DNA of 64,000 nt from Paraphysomonas bandaiensis (GCA_965644295.1 CBFFRP010000416.1:1-64000), one strand, 5' to 3'. Positions 1-11,095 are shown, counted from the stretch's first letter. Notes: generated from the letters alone by a model not told the origin. Program-made: numbers and translations.

Positions 1-83
1 TTGCATACATATGTGTATGTGTGCAAAGCAATACCCAAGTACAGAAGTACAAAATAATGATTATTATCGTATAATGAATCATG

Positions 84-167
84 AATAATACTGTCTACAA
101 TATCAACGGCTAATAATACTGTCTACAATATCAACGGCTAATAATACTGTCTACAATATCAACGGCT
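84..167. repeat. Three tandem copies of a 28-bp unit (AATAATACTGTCTACAATATCAACGGCT)
   Basis: Exact adjacent copies at 84-111, 112-139 and 140-167, with no spacers. Confidence 0.95.
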
Positions 168-285
168 ATTGCTAATCCCAACAATCACATTCCCTACAGT
201 TTGTATTCCTAACTACATGGTACACGTATACAATACAGTACTGTACTACTAATCATATAATACAGGACATGTACACGTATATATT

Positions 286-957
286 CTATATGTAAGTGGA
301 TAGTCCTACATTATTAGTAATCTGAGTTTGTAAGCTTGTTATATCAGTGTCATTATTAGTAATCTGAGTTTGTAAGCTTGTTATATCTGTATCATTACTT
401 GCTATTTGAGCATTCAGGTTAGAAATTATATTATCAACCGTTTCATTAAATGTATAGTTATAAACTAAAGAAGAATCCAACATATTATTCACGTCGATCA
501 TATCATGTTTAGTATCAATATTGTTCTGTAATGTTATATCTTGGGCTTGTAAATTTGCCACATCCGTTTGCAAATTCGGTATATTAATTAAGTCTATATC
601 TTGGAGAGCATCAAGACCATTAAAACTTGCTGTCAATGTGTTCAATTGTGATTGTATAGTTTCATTGGTATTTATACCGTCTAATGTTTGTATTTCATTT
701 TCAGTGAGGTTTAATAATCTTGTATTCATATCTGACAACATATTATTTTTTGAATCTGTGAAAGCAACTGTTTGGGGTTCATTGTTTATGGTTAAGTTAT
801 TACCATTCAAGATTTCAACGTTCGCTGTAAATTTAGCATTGTCTAATCTTGCATATTCCGCCATATTTAATATTACTCTTGCTGTTTCAATCTGTTTATG
901 ATTTTCTGCATTAAAAATAGCATTATTGCTTGTTTTCGGCTTTGTATAAATTGACAT
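286..957 (-). CDS. Virus-like fibre/coiled-coil repeat protein, 3'-truncated
   Basis: N-terminus MSIYTKPKTSNNAIFN, an EIQTLDGINTNETIQSQLN motif, and 14-aa repeats (TDITSLQTQITNND; 42-nt DNA repeats). The ORF breaks off inside a repeat and reads into host-like DNA at ~308. Confidence 0.65.
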   Translation of the reverse strand: MSIYTKPKTSNNAIFNAENHKQIETARVILNMAEYARLDNAKFTANVEILNGNNLTINNEPQTVAFTDSKNNMLSDMNTRLLNLTENEIQTLDGINTNETIQSQLNTLTASFNGLDALQDIDLINIPNLQTDVANLQAQDITLQNNIDTKHDMIDVNNMLDSSLVYNYTFNETVDNIISNLNAQIASNDTDITSLQTQITNNDTDITSLQTQITNNVGLSTYI

Positions 958-1063
958 CTATATATATAATATAACAACATTATTATATTCTATAATTAAA
1001 TTAGACTTCAAGGTTTTATAGGGTTTTTGTATAAATTTGTTTTCTTTTCTAATTATATATACA

Positions 1064-1321
1064 ATGTTAATCGATGTAATTATTAAGTATAAAAAAAAAA
1101 GTGGCCCACTCTGTTTAGAACTCTTTGAATCATTAGACCATTCTAAATTTACCGCTCGTAGTGTACAATTCTTTAAAGAAATAGACCATTCTAAATTTAA
1201 CGCTCGTAGTTCTAACCCTAATTTGTTTTGGCATGATTATACAATAAATATTAAAGACTTTGAAGAATTTGTCATGCATTTTGAAGATGTAATTGATGTA
1301 ATTCATGTAAGAATAATATAA
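1064..1321 (+). CDS. Small hypothetical protein within the viral relic
   Basis: ATG at 1064. Internal duplicated motif DHSKF(T/N)ARS. AT-rich codons. Confidence 0.45.
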   Translation: MLIDVIIKYKKKSGPLCLELFESLDHSKFTARSVQFFKEIDHSKFNARSSNPNLFWHDYTINIKDFEEFVMHFEDVIDVIHVRII

Positions 1322-1935
1322 TAAAACTGAGGGTTTTTTAAACAAAATTGGGGTTTTTTATTTCTAAAATTAAGGGTTTTTATATAAATCAAGGTTTTTA
1401 TATAAAAATTGGGATTTTGTCGTTTTGTTTTATAGCAAAATGGCTGCTATGAGGGTTCCAAACCATTGTTGTAAAGGAATTCCCCCAAAAATGGTTTGGA
1501 ACCCTCATGCGTGTTAATGTTCCATTTTTTTTCTCAGAAAAACGCCTTTTTTCAATGTGGCGGCATAGGGAATCGAACCAGATTATTTCATCTGCCGCCA
1601 CAGACTATTTCATCCGGAACGACTCCAAACGTCTTTCCTAACCATCACAACATGATTTAAATATATAAATGTAATATTTTTAGTCTGTATATTTTCTGTA
1701 TTTGTGTGTTGTTTGTTGTGTTGGTGTGTATGTTGTGTTGTTGTTGTGTGTACGAGTATATATATACATATATATATATTCATTCATAATATTCATTGTC
1801 ATTGTGTCTATATCATTGTGATATATAGCAAGCATGGAAATAAAGGAAATATGATGATGTCATTATAAGGCATTGTCTTTGTTTGGTTATATGTATCGTA
1901 TTCATTGTATTCATTGTCATTGTTATGTAGGGCTC

Positions 1936-2442
1936 TTATTCTCTTTCACAGGCATTTATGAAAACACCAAAGGCTTCATTTGCTTTTTTTATTCTTGCTT
2001 GTTTTGCTGCTTCTATTGTGTCGAAGCTTCCAATGTGGATTTTAATTCCATCTACTGTTATTGACGCTCGCCATTTCTTATATTTTTTGTCATAATAAAC
2101 TCCTTTTACACCAAATGTATTTGCTTTGTTTAACTTTCGGTTATATTGATTCTCTGAATTTGTTGCCCACCTCAAATTATTAACATTGTTATCTGTTTTT
2201 ATATTATTTATGTGATCTACACAAGGCTTATTTTCTGGATTTGGTATAAAAGCCAATGCAGTTAACCTATGGACCATAACTGTTTTTTTCTTTCTATTTA
2301 AACGTAAGTTCAATCTGTAATAACCATGTCTGTCTAATCTAGGTTTCAATATCTTATCTGTCTTATTATTCTTTACATTTCCTTTGTTTGATACACTATA
2401 ATTATTGTCGTAGCCTTCAATCACTTTCCATTCTTCAATCAT
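1936..2442 (-). CDS. NUMOD4-HNH-AP2 homing endonuclease-like protein
   Basis: [22 protein letters not shown] (NUMOD4); [38 protein letters not shown] (HNH_3); [18 protein letters not shown]...[15 protein letters not shown] (AP2). Confidence 0.93.
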   Translation of the reverse strand: MIEEWKVIEGYDNNYSVSNKGNVKNNKTDKILKPRLDRHGYYRLNLRLNRKKKTVMVHRLTALAFIPNPENKPCVDHINNIKTDNNVNNLRWATNSENQYNRKLNKANTFGVKGVYYDKKYKKWRASITVDGIKIHIGSFDTIEAAKQARIKKANEAFGVFINACERE

Positions 2443-2532
2443 AGTAATAATATATATATAATAATTTCTTTTTAAACCATTTTATATATATTTAAATTAG
2501 AATTCAAGGTTTTATGAGTTTTTGCTTAAAGC

Positions 2533-2630
2533 TTCGCCATTATATCACTACAACTACATTCCAGAGCTTTAAGCATATTCGCCATTATATCACTACAACT
2601 ACATTCCAGAGCTTTAAGCATTGCCATTAT
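2533..2630. repeat. Direct repeat, two copies of a ~45-bp unit plus a partial third
   Basis: TTCGCCATTATATCACTACAACTACATTCCAGAGCTTTAAGCAT at 2533 and 2578. Confidence 0.9.
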
Positions 2631-3398
2631 ACATTATTATAAAAAAGTCATATAGATAACAAAGTAGATTTAATAAGTAGTTTTAATGGTAGAATCCCGG
2701 GGTTTTACAACCTTTACAAATTTAAATTATTTTTCATTTTAATTTTTCCCTCTCTCTATATCTACTATTAAATCTACTTATTAAATCTACTTTACTATCT
2801 ATATTACTTTTTATTATAAACATTATAAAAAATATATAAAGTTATTAATTTTATTTAAGAATATAAATAATATATAAAGTAATTAAAAGTTATTAATAAT
2901 ATATAAAGTTAAATTAGCAAAGAGAAGGAATTACAACTGCAAGCTTGCAGTTGTAATTGGAAACACTCGAAGAGAAGAGGCCCCTTGAGGGGCAGTGGGG
3001 TAGAAAAAGGCTTGTCCTTGTCCCGCCTCTCTCGTTTTTTTTAGTCACTTCCCTTCTGTACATTCGTTTCCTCCCTTGCACAAAATTTACTCTCTTTGAT
3101 TGCAATATATATAACCTATGAGCAGCAGAGATTGCCTTCTCTTTCATTGAATGAAAGGAAAAGAGTAGTTCATACGGTGTAAATTTTTACTAGTTCCTTC
3201 CAATAGTTGTATAAGGTTTTTGTACAAAACGCAAACAATATTATACGAAAAAAAACTAATTCTGTTACAACGCCAGGATGTAGAATGTCATTACCCACTG
3301 TGTATATATGCACAGCGATTGTAGAAAACAGAGTCTATCGTCCTAACATCGAAGTTATTCAACCGGTTCCGCACAGTTGCTATTTACAACTATTCATT

Positions 3399-3962
3399 CT
3401 AGCTAATTCGACATATATCTAATGGCAGATTTCTTTCGGGTGGCGAATTGGGGTCGTCTTTAGAACCTTCGCAGTAACACAGTTCACCTATGATTAGCAT
3501 TTTCCATTTTCTTCGAGCTCCAGCTGAGTGAAATTGTAAATGTTCCCCACAGTCTTGCCCTCCAGAATATCGCATTATCGAACGGACTCCACCAGGGTGT
3601 CGCTCTAGTACACTCGTTGCATCGTACACTACATTATTCACAACTATCCAGCACGACAAAAGATTTCTATGACGTCGAACTTCACAGAGCGTAAACTTAT
3701 CGCGATGGGTATCGATAGCATTAATAGCTCGCTTCTGCTGACATGGTACACAACTCTCTAACTCACATGTATCGCGACAATGAGGACATGCATCACATAC
3801 TTCAGGAGGGAATATCTTGTAGAGCTCCCCCTCTTGTGTACATAGTACATATCTCTGTACATCCATTGGTAATTCACGCCAATCTACTGAACGTGTACGT
3901 TCGACCTTACTGGGTCCCTCTACAACATCTTGTCTCTCAGTGGGCTTATATTGTGATGTCAT
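3399..3962 (-). CDS. Cytochrome b5-like heme/steroid-binding domain protein with a Cys-rich N-terminal region
   Basis: FTLCEVRRH...CWIVVNNVVYDATSVLERHPGG...HS with the HPGG and HS heme-ligand motifs. CxxC motifs lie upstream. Confidence 0.9.
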   Translation of the reverse strand: MTSQYKPTERQDVVEGPSKVERTRSVDWRELPMDVQRYVLCTQEGELYKIFPPEVCDACPHCRDTCELESCVPCQQKRAINAIDTHRDKFTLCEVRRHRNLLSCWIVVNNVVYDATSVLERHPGGVRSIMRYSGGQDCGEHLQFHSAGARRKWKMLIIGELCYCEGSKDDPNSPPERNLPLDICRIS

Positions 3963-4116
3963 ATGGACAGTATAACCATAAGAGAGATCAGTAATAAACT
4001 ACAGGAAGAGTAATGATGCTCTCCAGTTGGAATGAATGTGTGATAGGGTGATGTATGAGATATGTTGAGGTTATGAGCAATTGTAGAGACAGACCTTGAG
4101 CAGAGAAATGATGATG

Positions 4117-4455
4117 ATGTATGTATGTATGTATGTATGTATGTATGTATGTATGTATGTATGTATGTATGTATGTATGTCTGTATGTATGTATGTATGT
4201 ATGTATGTATGTATGTATGTATGTATGTATGTATGTATGTATGTATGTATGTATGTATGTATGTATGTATGTATGTATGTATGTATGTATGTATGTATGT
4301 CCGTATGTATGTATGTATGTATGTATGTATGTATGTATGTATGTAGGTATGTATGTATGTATGTATGTATGTATGTATGTATGTATGTATGTATGTATGT
4401 ATGTATGTATGTATGTATGTATGTATGTATGTATGTATGTATGTATGTATGTATG

Positions 4456-4486
<31 letters not shown>

Positions 4487-4735
4487 TGTACATCTATGTA
4501 TGTATGTATGTATGTATGTATGTATGTATGTATGTATGTATGTACGTATGTATGTATGTACGTATGTATGCATGTATGTATGTATGTATGTATGTATGTA
4601 TGTATGTACGTATGTATGTATGTATGTATGTATGTATGTATGTATGTATGTATGTATGTATGTATGTATGTATGTACGTATGTATGCATGTATGTATGTA
4701 TGTATGTATGTATGTATGTATGTATGTATGTATGT
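4117..4735. repeat. (ATGT)n tetranucleotide microsatellite, ~620 bp
   Basis: Near-perfect ATGT array between two divergently transcribed genes. Confidence 0.99.
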
Positions 4736-5127
4736 TCAATGTTTTTTCACATCATCATTCACTTGTACGTGTACTCCTGTACTACAATATACACTACACA
4801 AGTACAACACTACTCCCATACACTTCCCTCAAACAACCCCATATACTCCAGTACATCTACCAGTACACTCTAATCCAAACGGTTAATTCTCATTCAATAT
4901 AAAAAACACACACACCTCTCAAACCAACGTCTCTTTTTTGTGAGGTTGTATTGTATATACAGCACAGTGTCACATTCATCGGAGCTTATATAGAGAGAAT
5001 CAACTCCATTTCCAGTATTGCATTTGTGCTATTCAACATTAACTTCTTTATATAAGAACGTTCTTCATTGCATCTGTATGCACTAAGCATAGACTCTATT
5101 CACATTGGCCTCGTATTGTAACGCAAT

Positions 5128-7967
5128 ATGGCTACTACATTGAGGCCAGATGGACGGCCACTAGTAAGCCAGAGAAGTGATATGAGGACACGACGTAGTC
5201 GTTCTGTGAGCTCCTCTGTAGATGAGATCATAGAAGAGACTACGAGAGATGCAGAGGGACGATCTGTTCGTAACCAGTATGTGAAAGGGAAGCTATTGGG
5301 CAAGGTTACTCAATCTGCTTGTATGTATGAAGACGTTATCTCATTGTGCTGTGAAGGGGGGATTCGCTCACTGCTATGTTGGTACTCTGCTGCCTCATCG
5401 CACTCAATATGCACTTAAAGTTGTAGCTAAAAGTACTTTAACTAAACCACGTGCACAACAAAAGGTATGATTACTTTGATAGTTACAACATATGCCAATG
5501 CTATAGCGCAGTTTAACTCCGAGATCAGAATTCATCGTCACCTTCGACACTCCAATGTCGTGAGGTTTGATCGATATTTTGAGGACCATCAAAATGCATA
5601 CATACTTCTGGAGCTTTGCAAAAACAATGTATATTACCGAATCTTTGCGTTTGTTACCTGATTTCTATTGTAGTCCATGTCCGAACTTATGAAGCGAAGG
5701 AAACGGTTGACAGAGCCAGAAGTTCGTTATTATGCATTGCAATTGGTATCTGCATTGTGCTACTTGCACGAAGGACATATCATTCATAGAGATTTAAAGC
5801 TTGGAAATATATTCTTGGATTCACATATGCGTGTCAAGTTAGGAGATTTTGGACTGGCAACGAAGCTTGCCCATCCTGATGAAAGGAAGCGAACAGTGTG
5901 TGGAACACCAAACTACATTGCCCCTGAGATTTTACAAGGCAATCACGAACACTCTTTTGAAGTAGATATATGGTCAACTGGGATTATCATATACACACTG
6001 CTTGTTGGTAAACCTCCATACGAGTCCAAAGATGTGCAGTCAACGTACCGGAGGATTCTTGATAACTCCTACAGCTTTCCTAGTCATTGTGAAGTTTCTG
6101 ATCATGCCAGGGATTTAGTTCGCTGTATATTGCAGGTATGTTACATTACTTTTATCCCATATTCGTAAACATCCTACGAATATAGTCTTTACCAGAGCGA
6201 AGACCATCTCTTGCAGCCATAGAGAGTCATCCTTTCTTCACTAGTGCTGGTGTGCATACTCCAACCGCTCTCTCTTCTGTTACGATGAGAGAGCCCCCGA
6301 CCTTCATTCACGAGCAGAAAACAGCCGTATCCGGAGGATACACAGCAGCTCATGCTCCGTTATCTGGCAATGACGAAAACGATCCTGGTGTGCTGAACCG
6401 AGGACGGGGTGTGGCTCGGGCGGAAAAGCGATTCGCTGGTGCCTCGCACACTGTGGCGGTGTCTCCTCCAAGAAAGATTCTCTCCAGCAGAGGCAACACG
6501 GATGATCTTGGCGAACAGCGTCCATCTCGTAGAGTACGTGCTGCAAGCAGTGCCCGTGCTATGCCCACTCGACCTTCGTCTGGTGTAGGACGGAGTGAGA
6601 GTGCTACACGGGTACGCAAGACTACTTCTAGTGGATCAACTGGTAACAACTGCGCTACTGGGGAGGGGTATCTTCAAACTGCAGTCACGAACAGAGGTGT
6701 TCTCACTCAACAGAACAATGCCCAACCTATTCAACACGCCGACATGAGAGGTTATGCCAGACAGTTCGAAGTTTATAACGAAATTAAATCTAAAGCGGAT
6801 GTAGCTAATGCGAAAGATAACAAGGCCGAAATAAGACAATCCGAAGTATTGATTAACTCAGACAAGGACAATCAGAAAATTGATATCTATGTAGAAACCA
6901 TTTCTCAGAAGAAAAATATAGTTGACGGGGTCAATCAAATTCAGATCAGCCTTGAAAACTGTGGAATCGAAAGTACTGATGAGAAGGAATCAGCTGTGCC
7001 TGTAGCGAAGGAGGCATGGGGCAAGAATGATCAAGCTGAAGATGTGTCTCAACCGCCAACTTTTGTAACTCCTAAAAGCAACTGTGCTCGCCCGCGACCC
7101 GATCCTGATACCCTGGAATGTATGTATAAAAACTTAGAGTCGAGTTTTGCCCACGTTGATGAACATATTACCACACAAAGCACGGTCGACACAGCAGATG
7201 GCCCGAAAGTGTGGGTTGTACGCCATGTTGATTATACCGCCAAATATGGTCTTGGTTTCTTGCTCAATACTGGCAGTGCTGGAGTTTACTTCAATGATAG
7301 TACAAAGATTGTTCTTAGTCCTGATGACAATACATTTCAGTATCTGGAGAGGAAGCGTCGAAGTTCATCGAGCTCATCAGAGCATATTTCGCGGACCTAT
7401 ACTTTGCAGTCGTACCCTGCCGATCTTAATAAGAAAGTGACTTTGTTAAAGCACTTCAAAAATTACCTGATGGATCAATCAGAGCAAACAGGAAATACGG
7501 CCACAATGTTCTCTGAAGCACTGCGGAAAGAATCCCAAATTCCGACACCCAATGCAGCTACAGAGGTTGTTTCTGGTGATCTTCCCTATGTGAAGAAGTG
7601 GGTGAGAACTAGACACGCAATTCTTTTTCGTCTCAGTAACCGCACAGCTCAAGTAGTTTTCTTTGATCAGAGGTAACGCTGCGTTATTTAAGATACATAT
7701 ACCTAAACGTTGTTGCAGTGAACTGATATTGTCATCTGAAGCTCGATGCATTACATACGTAAATAAAGAAGGCGCCCGAAGCAGTCACACGCCTGAATCA
7801 ATACGAGCATTAGGTGCGAGATCGTACTGTACTAAAATGACAGCAAGTAACTTTTTGGCGTAGGTCGTACCGACATTGAAAAACGTCTAAAGTATACCAA
7901 GGACATCATGGCACGCCTCATCGTTGCTCAGCCTGGACGAGATAAACATCAAGAAGGGGTTATATAA
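5128..7967 (+). CDS. PLK1: Polo-like kinase (about 7 exons)
   Basis: GKLLGKGG, HRDLKLGN, DFGLA, TVCGTPNYIAPE and polo boxes (WVVRHVDYTAKYGLGF; KWVRTRHAILFRLSN). GT-AG introns at about 5304-5357, 5465-5511, 5629-5673, 6136-6186, 7673-7718 and 7814-7863. Stop TAA at 7965-7967. Confidence 0.95.
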
Positions 7968-8594
7968 GGAATTGAGCTACCTTCTTATCGACTCATATAT
8001 GTCAAAACATGATATGTTAGCCCAATAGAATGTGTATTAGTCGTAAATTTCTTGTTATTTTCAGTCACAATAACAGTGTAGTGGTCTTACATATACTCGG
8101 AAATTAGTCTAATTACTTACTTCATGTGATGTGTAGAATGTGACAGGAGTAGTATAATAGCTAATAAAACACTATATTATGCCACTTTGGTCAAACAACT
8201 TGGTCCTAATACAAGAGTTTAGGGTTTGTATACATGCTAATATAAGTGTATGATTGCCATATTATCGACTAATCATGTTTTGTTTCATGGATATTACTTA
8301 GTCATGGAATTATGGTACTATGAGTATGATGTTTTGGAAACATCATTAGAGCAATTATAATGCATTAGAGCATTGACGATAAGTTGAGGACCTGCTTGTA
8401 GCATAGCTAGTAGCTAGTTTTGTTGTTATTGTGCATGGTAGTAGCTAGAAGGTAGCTAGGACTCATTAAAGGTAACTCATCGAAATCAGTCTATGGACAC
8501 GATGACCTAGAAAAGAACATCCTAGTGTCACATGAATAGATTGAAGTATTACATAGAGATGTTATCAGTGTAGTCTTTGCAAGCTTAATTCCAC

Positions 8595-9521
8595 TAGTAA
8601 ATGTCAGATTACAGATTACTAGCAATAGGCGAGTAATAGTCAGAACTAATGTAGCAAAACAATTTAACTACTAGTTTTTAACTCTGATATCCTAGTATTT
8701 AGTGGTACAAAAGCTGCTTGTGCGTTACCGCAAACACCAAGGTACAACCACTTTTGCTCTATCACTCAAAGCAAACGTAGTGAACAAGCAGAAAGTTGAC
8801 ATCTGCTGACTTCAGGATGCTTATATGTGGACTAGCTCAAATGCTTAACTTTCAGCTGGCAACCCAATACCCCGGATGCCCTTCAGGTGGTCCCATTCCC
8901 CGTCAAGGCCCAAAGAAGTCAACATAAGAGAAATATCTACGTTACTTATACCCCAGAACCCTCAACAAAGTCGGACTCGCACCTTTTCGAGGTGTTCTGG
9001 GGGATAAGTACCGGAGATATTTATCCGGGAAACTAACGTGAGCCGCAAACATAGACAGCAAATTGTTCTGCCCACTCATAGCCGAATGCTTATGTGGTAG
9101 AAGGGACACTAATAAGTGTCACTTGTGTAGACGTCTTTGAGTCCTGACGAATAAATAGGCACCCGGATTTTGGCCAGGGCATCCGGGACAGGGCCCACCT
9201 GAAGGGTTGAAGTCAAGTATCTGAACTCAAAAAAATGAAAATAGCAGATGTCAGGTATATCAACAATCGCTTTGAGCTATATAAAGCGGAAGGTGGTTGC
9301 ACCTTGGTGCGTTCGGCGACGCACAAGCAGCCTCCGTAGCGTTAAATAGTAGGGTAATAGAGTTTGTACTAGTTAGTAACAGGTAGACGTCTATCTAGCT
9401 TGACTAGTTTTCTTTTCTAACTACTAAGCTGGTGCTGATTCTTAACGCCTACTGCTAATAATAAGACTTTCAAAATACCGCAGAACAACACGAAAAAGCG
9501 CGAGTTCGACTATGTTGAGGG
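8595..9521 (-). mobile_element. Older, internally deleted copy of the SINE-like retroposon, interrupted by a younger copy
   Basis: Homologous to 9952-10461 in reverse orientation. 14-bp TSD AAGCTTAATTCCAC at 8581-8594 and 9522-9535. Confidence 0.85.
8959..9474 (+). mobile_element. Full-length SINE-like retroposon nested in an opposite-strand copy of the same family
   Basis: Starts CCCTCAACAAAGTCGGACTCGCACC and ends ...GCTAATAATAAGACTTTCAAA. TSD ATACC(C/G)CAGAA at 8948-8958 and 9475-9485. Confidence 0.88.
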
Positions 9522-9951
9522 AAGCTTAATTCCACCACTCACTGTCGGATTTAAAAAGTTGTACGAGTCGATTTAAGACTCATTTCATCATAAAAAGTAA
9601 GAGGCCGATATCCAATTGACCTATTCATATAATAGTTTTACATGGTCTCTAGTTTGAGTAATTACAGCTACTATACTTGATCTTCCGTAGGGAGATTACT
9701 TTTATTGCTATTCTAAATCGAACATATCATGTACATGTCTAATTATATCTCTTCAATTGCAAGATACGTTCTCGTGATATTGATATTGAGAAATTATTTT
9801 AATAGACAACTATTTAGACTTTAATTGCCAACCCAACCGTATAAGAGTGTAGGGCCGAAATGATGATATAAACAAGTTTTCACAGATTACGATTAAACTA
9901 CTCATTAAGTCAGAACATATATTAAAAAACGTATTACATAATCTTTTCACA

Positions 9952-10461
9952 CCCTCAACAAAGTCGGACTCGCACCTTTTCGTGGTGTTCTGGGGGATAA
10001 GTACAGGAGAGATTCTCTCTGGGAAACTAACGTGAGCCGCAAACATAGTCAGCAGATATTCTTCTGCCCACTCAGAGCCGAATGCTTGTGTGGTACAAGG
10101 TACACCAATAAGTGTCACTTGTGTTGACGTCTTTGGGCCCTGACGAATAAACAGGCATCCGGAAATGGGCCCACCTCAAGGGCATCCGGGACAGGGCCCA
10201 CCTGAAGGGTAACCGGGGTATTGGGCTGCCTGCTGAAGTCAAGCATCCGGGATGTTCACCTTAAGAACTCAGAACGGAAGTGGTTGCACCTTGGTGCTTG
10301 CGGCGACGCACAAGCAGCTTTCGTAGCGTTAAATAGTAGGATAATAGAGTTTGTACTGATTAGTTACAGGTAGAGGTCTAACTAGTTTGTCTAGCATTCA
10401 TCTAGCTACTAAATCGGTGCAGGTTTTTAACGCCTATTGCTAAATAAAAGACTTTCAATAT
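9952..10461 (+). mobile_element. Full-length SINE-like retroposon (reference copy, 510 bp)
   Basis: Perfect 14-bp TSD ATAATCTTTTCACA at 9938-9951 and 10462-10475. Same 5' start as the other copies. Non-coding. Confidence 0.92.
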
Positions 10462-10802
10462 ATAATCTTTTCACAATAACAGCACGGAGTGTTTTCATTG
10501 GCCCAAAAACATGCGAGATTTCTGCTATCTTCAGAAGGGACGATCTTCGTGTCTCTCTTTATATTGTACCAATTGTTATCATTAGATTGACACAAACACA
10601 TAAAACAACTGAATGGACACGTGCCGACTATGTGAATGCATCCAGGAAAGCATACATATATGCAGGAGCAGCCGATGGGAAAATTGTTCCATGCAACACA
10701 TCTCTGTATGTAACAGCCGCATGCATCAATAGTTGCATCTCTACCTGAATCACTACTTCTTTCTTCTTCAGAGACAGTTTGTATAAGAGAAGTAGCGCTC
10801 AT
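10455..10802 (-). CDS. Small Cys-rich hypothetical protein
   Basis: 115-aa ORF with ATG, rich in Cys. The last codons were changed by the retroposon insertion (ancestral CEKIM*, now CEKIIY*). Confidence 0.6.
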   Translation of the reverse strand: MSATSLIQTVSEEERSSDSGRDATIDACGCYIQRCVAWNNFPIGCSCIYVCFPGCIHIVGTCPFSCFMCLCQSNDNNWYNIKRDTKIVPSEDSRNLACFWANENTPCCYCEKIIY

Positions 10803-11034
10803 TAGTTAATAATACACTCTTTTGAGTTCTTATCTTTTAATATTTAAGCATATGTGTGCATGGACACATCTCTTAATGTCAGCATAGGCAGGTATTGATA
10901 GTCCACAACCTCCTAACGGAAAACGAAATTAGCCAATAACAACTCTCTAAATCTCAACCATAGGCCACAGAACTTTTGATATATTTTTTAGTATTTTATA
11001 TAAACTAAATTTAGAGCCTTATGTCAAGTCAATA

Positions 11035-11095
11035 TCCCGATTAGTCCAATAGCCCTCTCAAGGCTGAGACCCGGGTTCAATTCCCGGATCGGGAA
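11035..11095 (+). pseudogene. tRNA-Glu(CTC) lacking the D-arm (11-nt deletion)
   Basis: Matches 36460-36531 except for loss of GTGGTTAGGAT. Followed by a T-run terminator. Confidence 0.9.

Larger units (their letters stand above)
308..3150. mobile_element. Truncated AT-rich endogenous viral element (Polinton-like virus/virophage/NCLDV-type relic)
   Basis: Abrupt shift to very AT-rich, intron-free, compact ORFs: a fibre-like gene, an HNH-AP2 nuclease, a shared upstream motif and several inverted repeats. No capsid, polymerase or integrase gene lies in the window, so the class is inferred and the boundaries are approximate. Confidence 0.65.

Noticed and set aside
84-167. 28-bp repeats as a CRISPR array
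   Set aside because: The copies are directly adjacent with no spacers, there are no cas genes, and the context is eukaryotic
3959-4902. YIHT/MYVC ORFs
   Set aside because: These are translations of the (ATGT)n microsatellite
9810-10118. ORFs overlapping SINE copies (also 29113-29347, 29975-30382, 38115-38366)
   Set aside because: The frames are not conserved between copies, so the element is non-coding
10020-10175. Hammerhead ribozyme in the SINE-like element (CTGACGA and GAAA present)
   Set aside because: Stems I-III could not be paired around the core motifs in any permutation by eye
9952-10461. Repeat family as a Fanzor/TnpB/IscB omega-RNA or MITE
   Set aside because: There is no RuvC nuclease gene in the window and no TIRs. 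Variable 11-15-bp TSDs and a LINE-shared tail indicate retroposition
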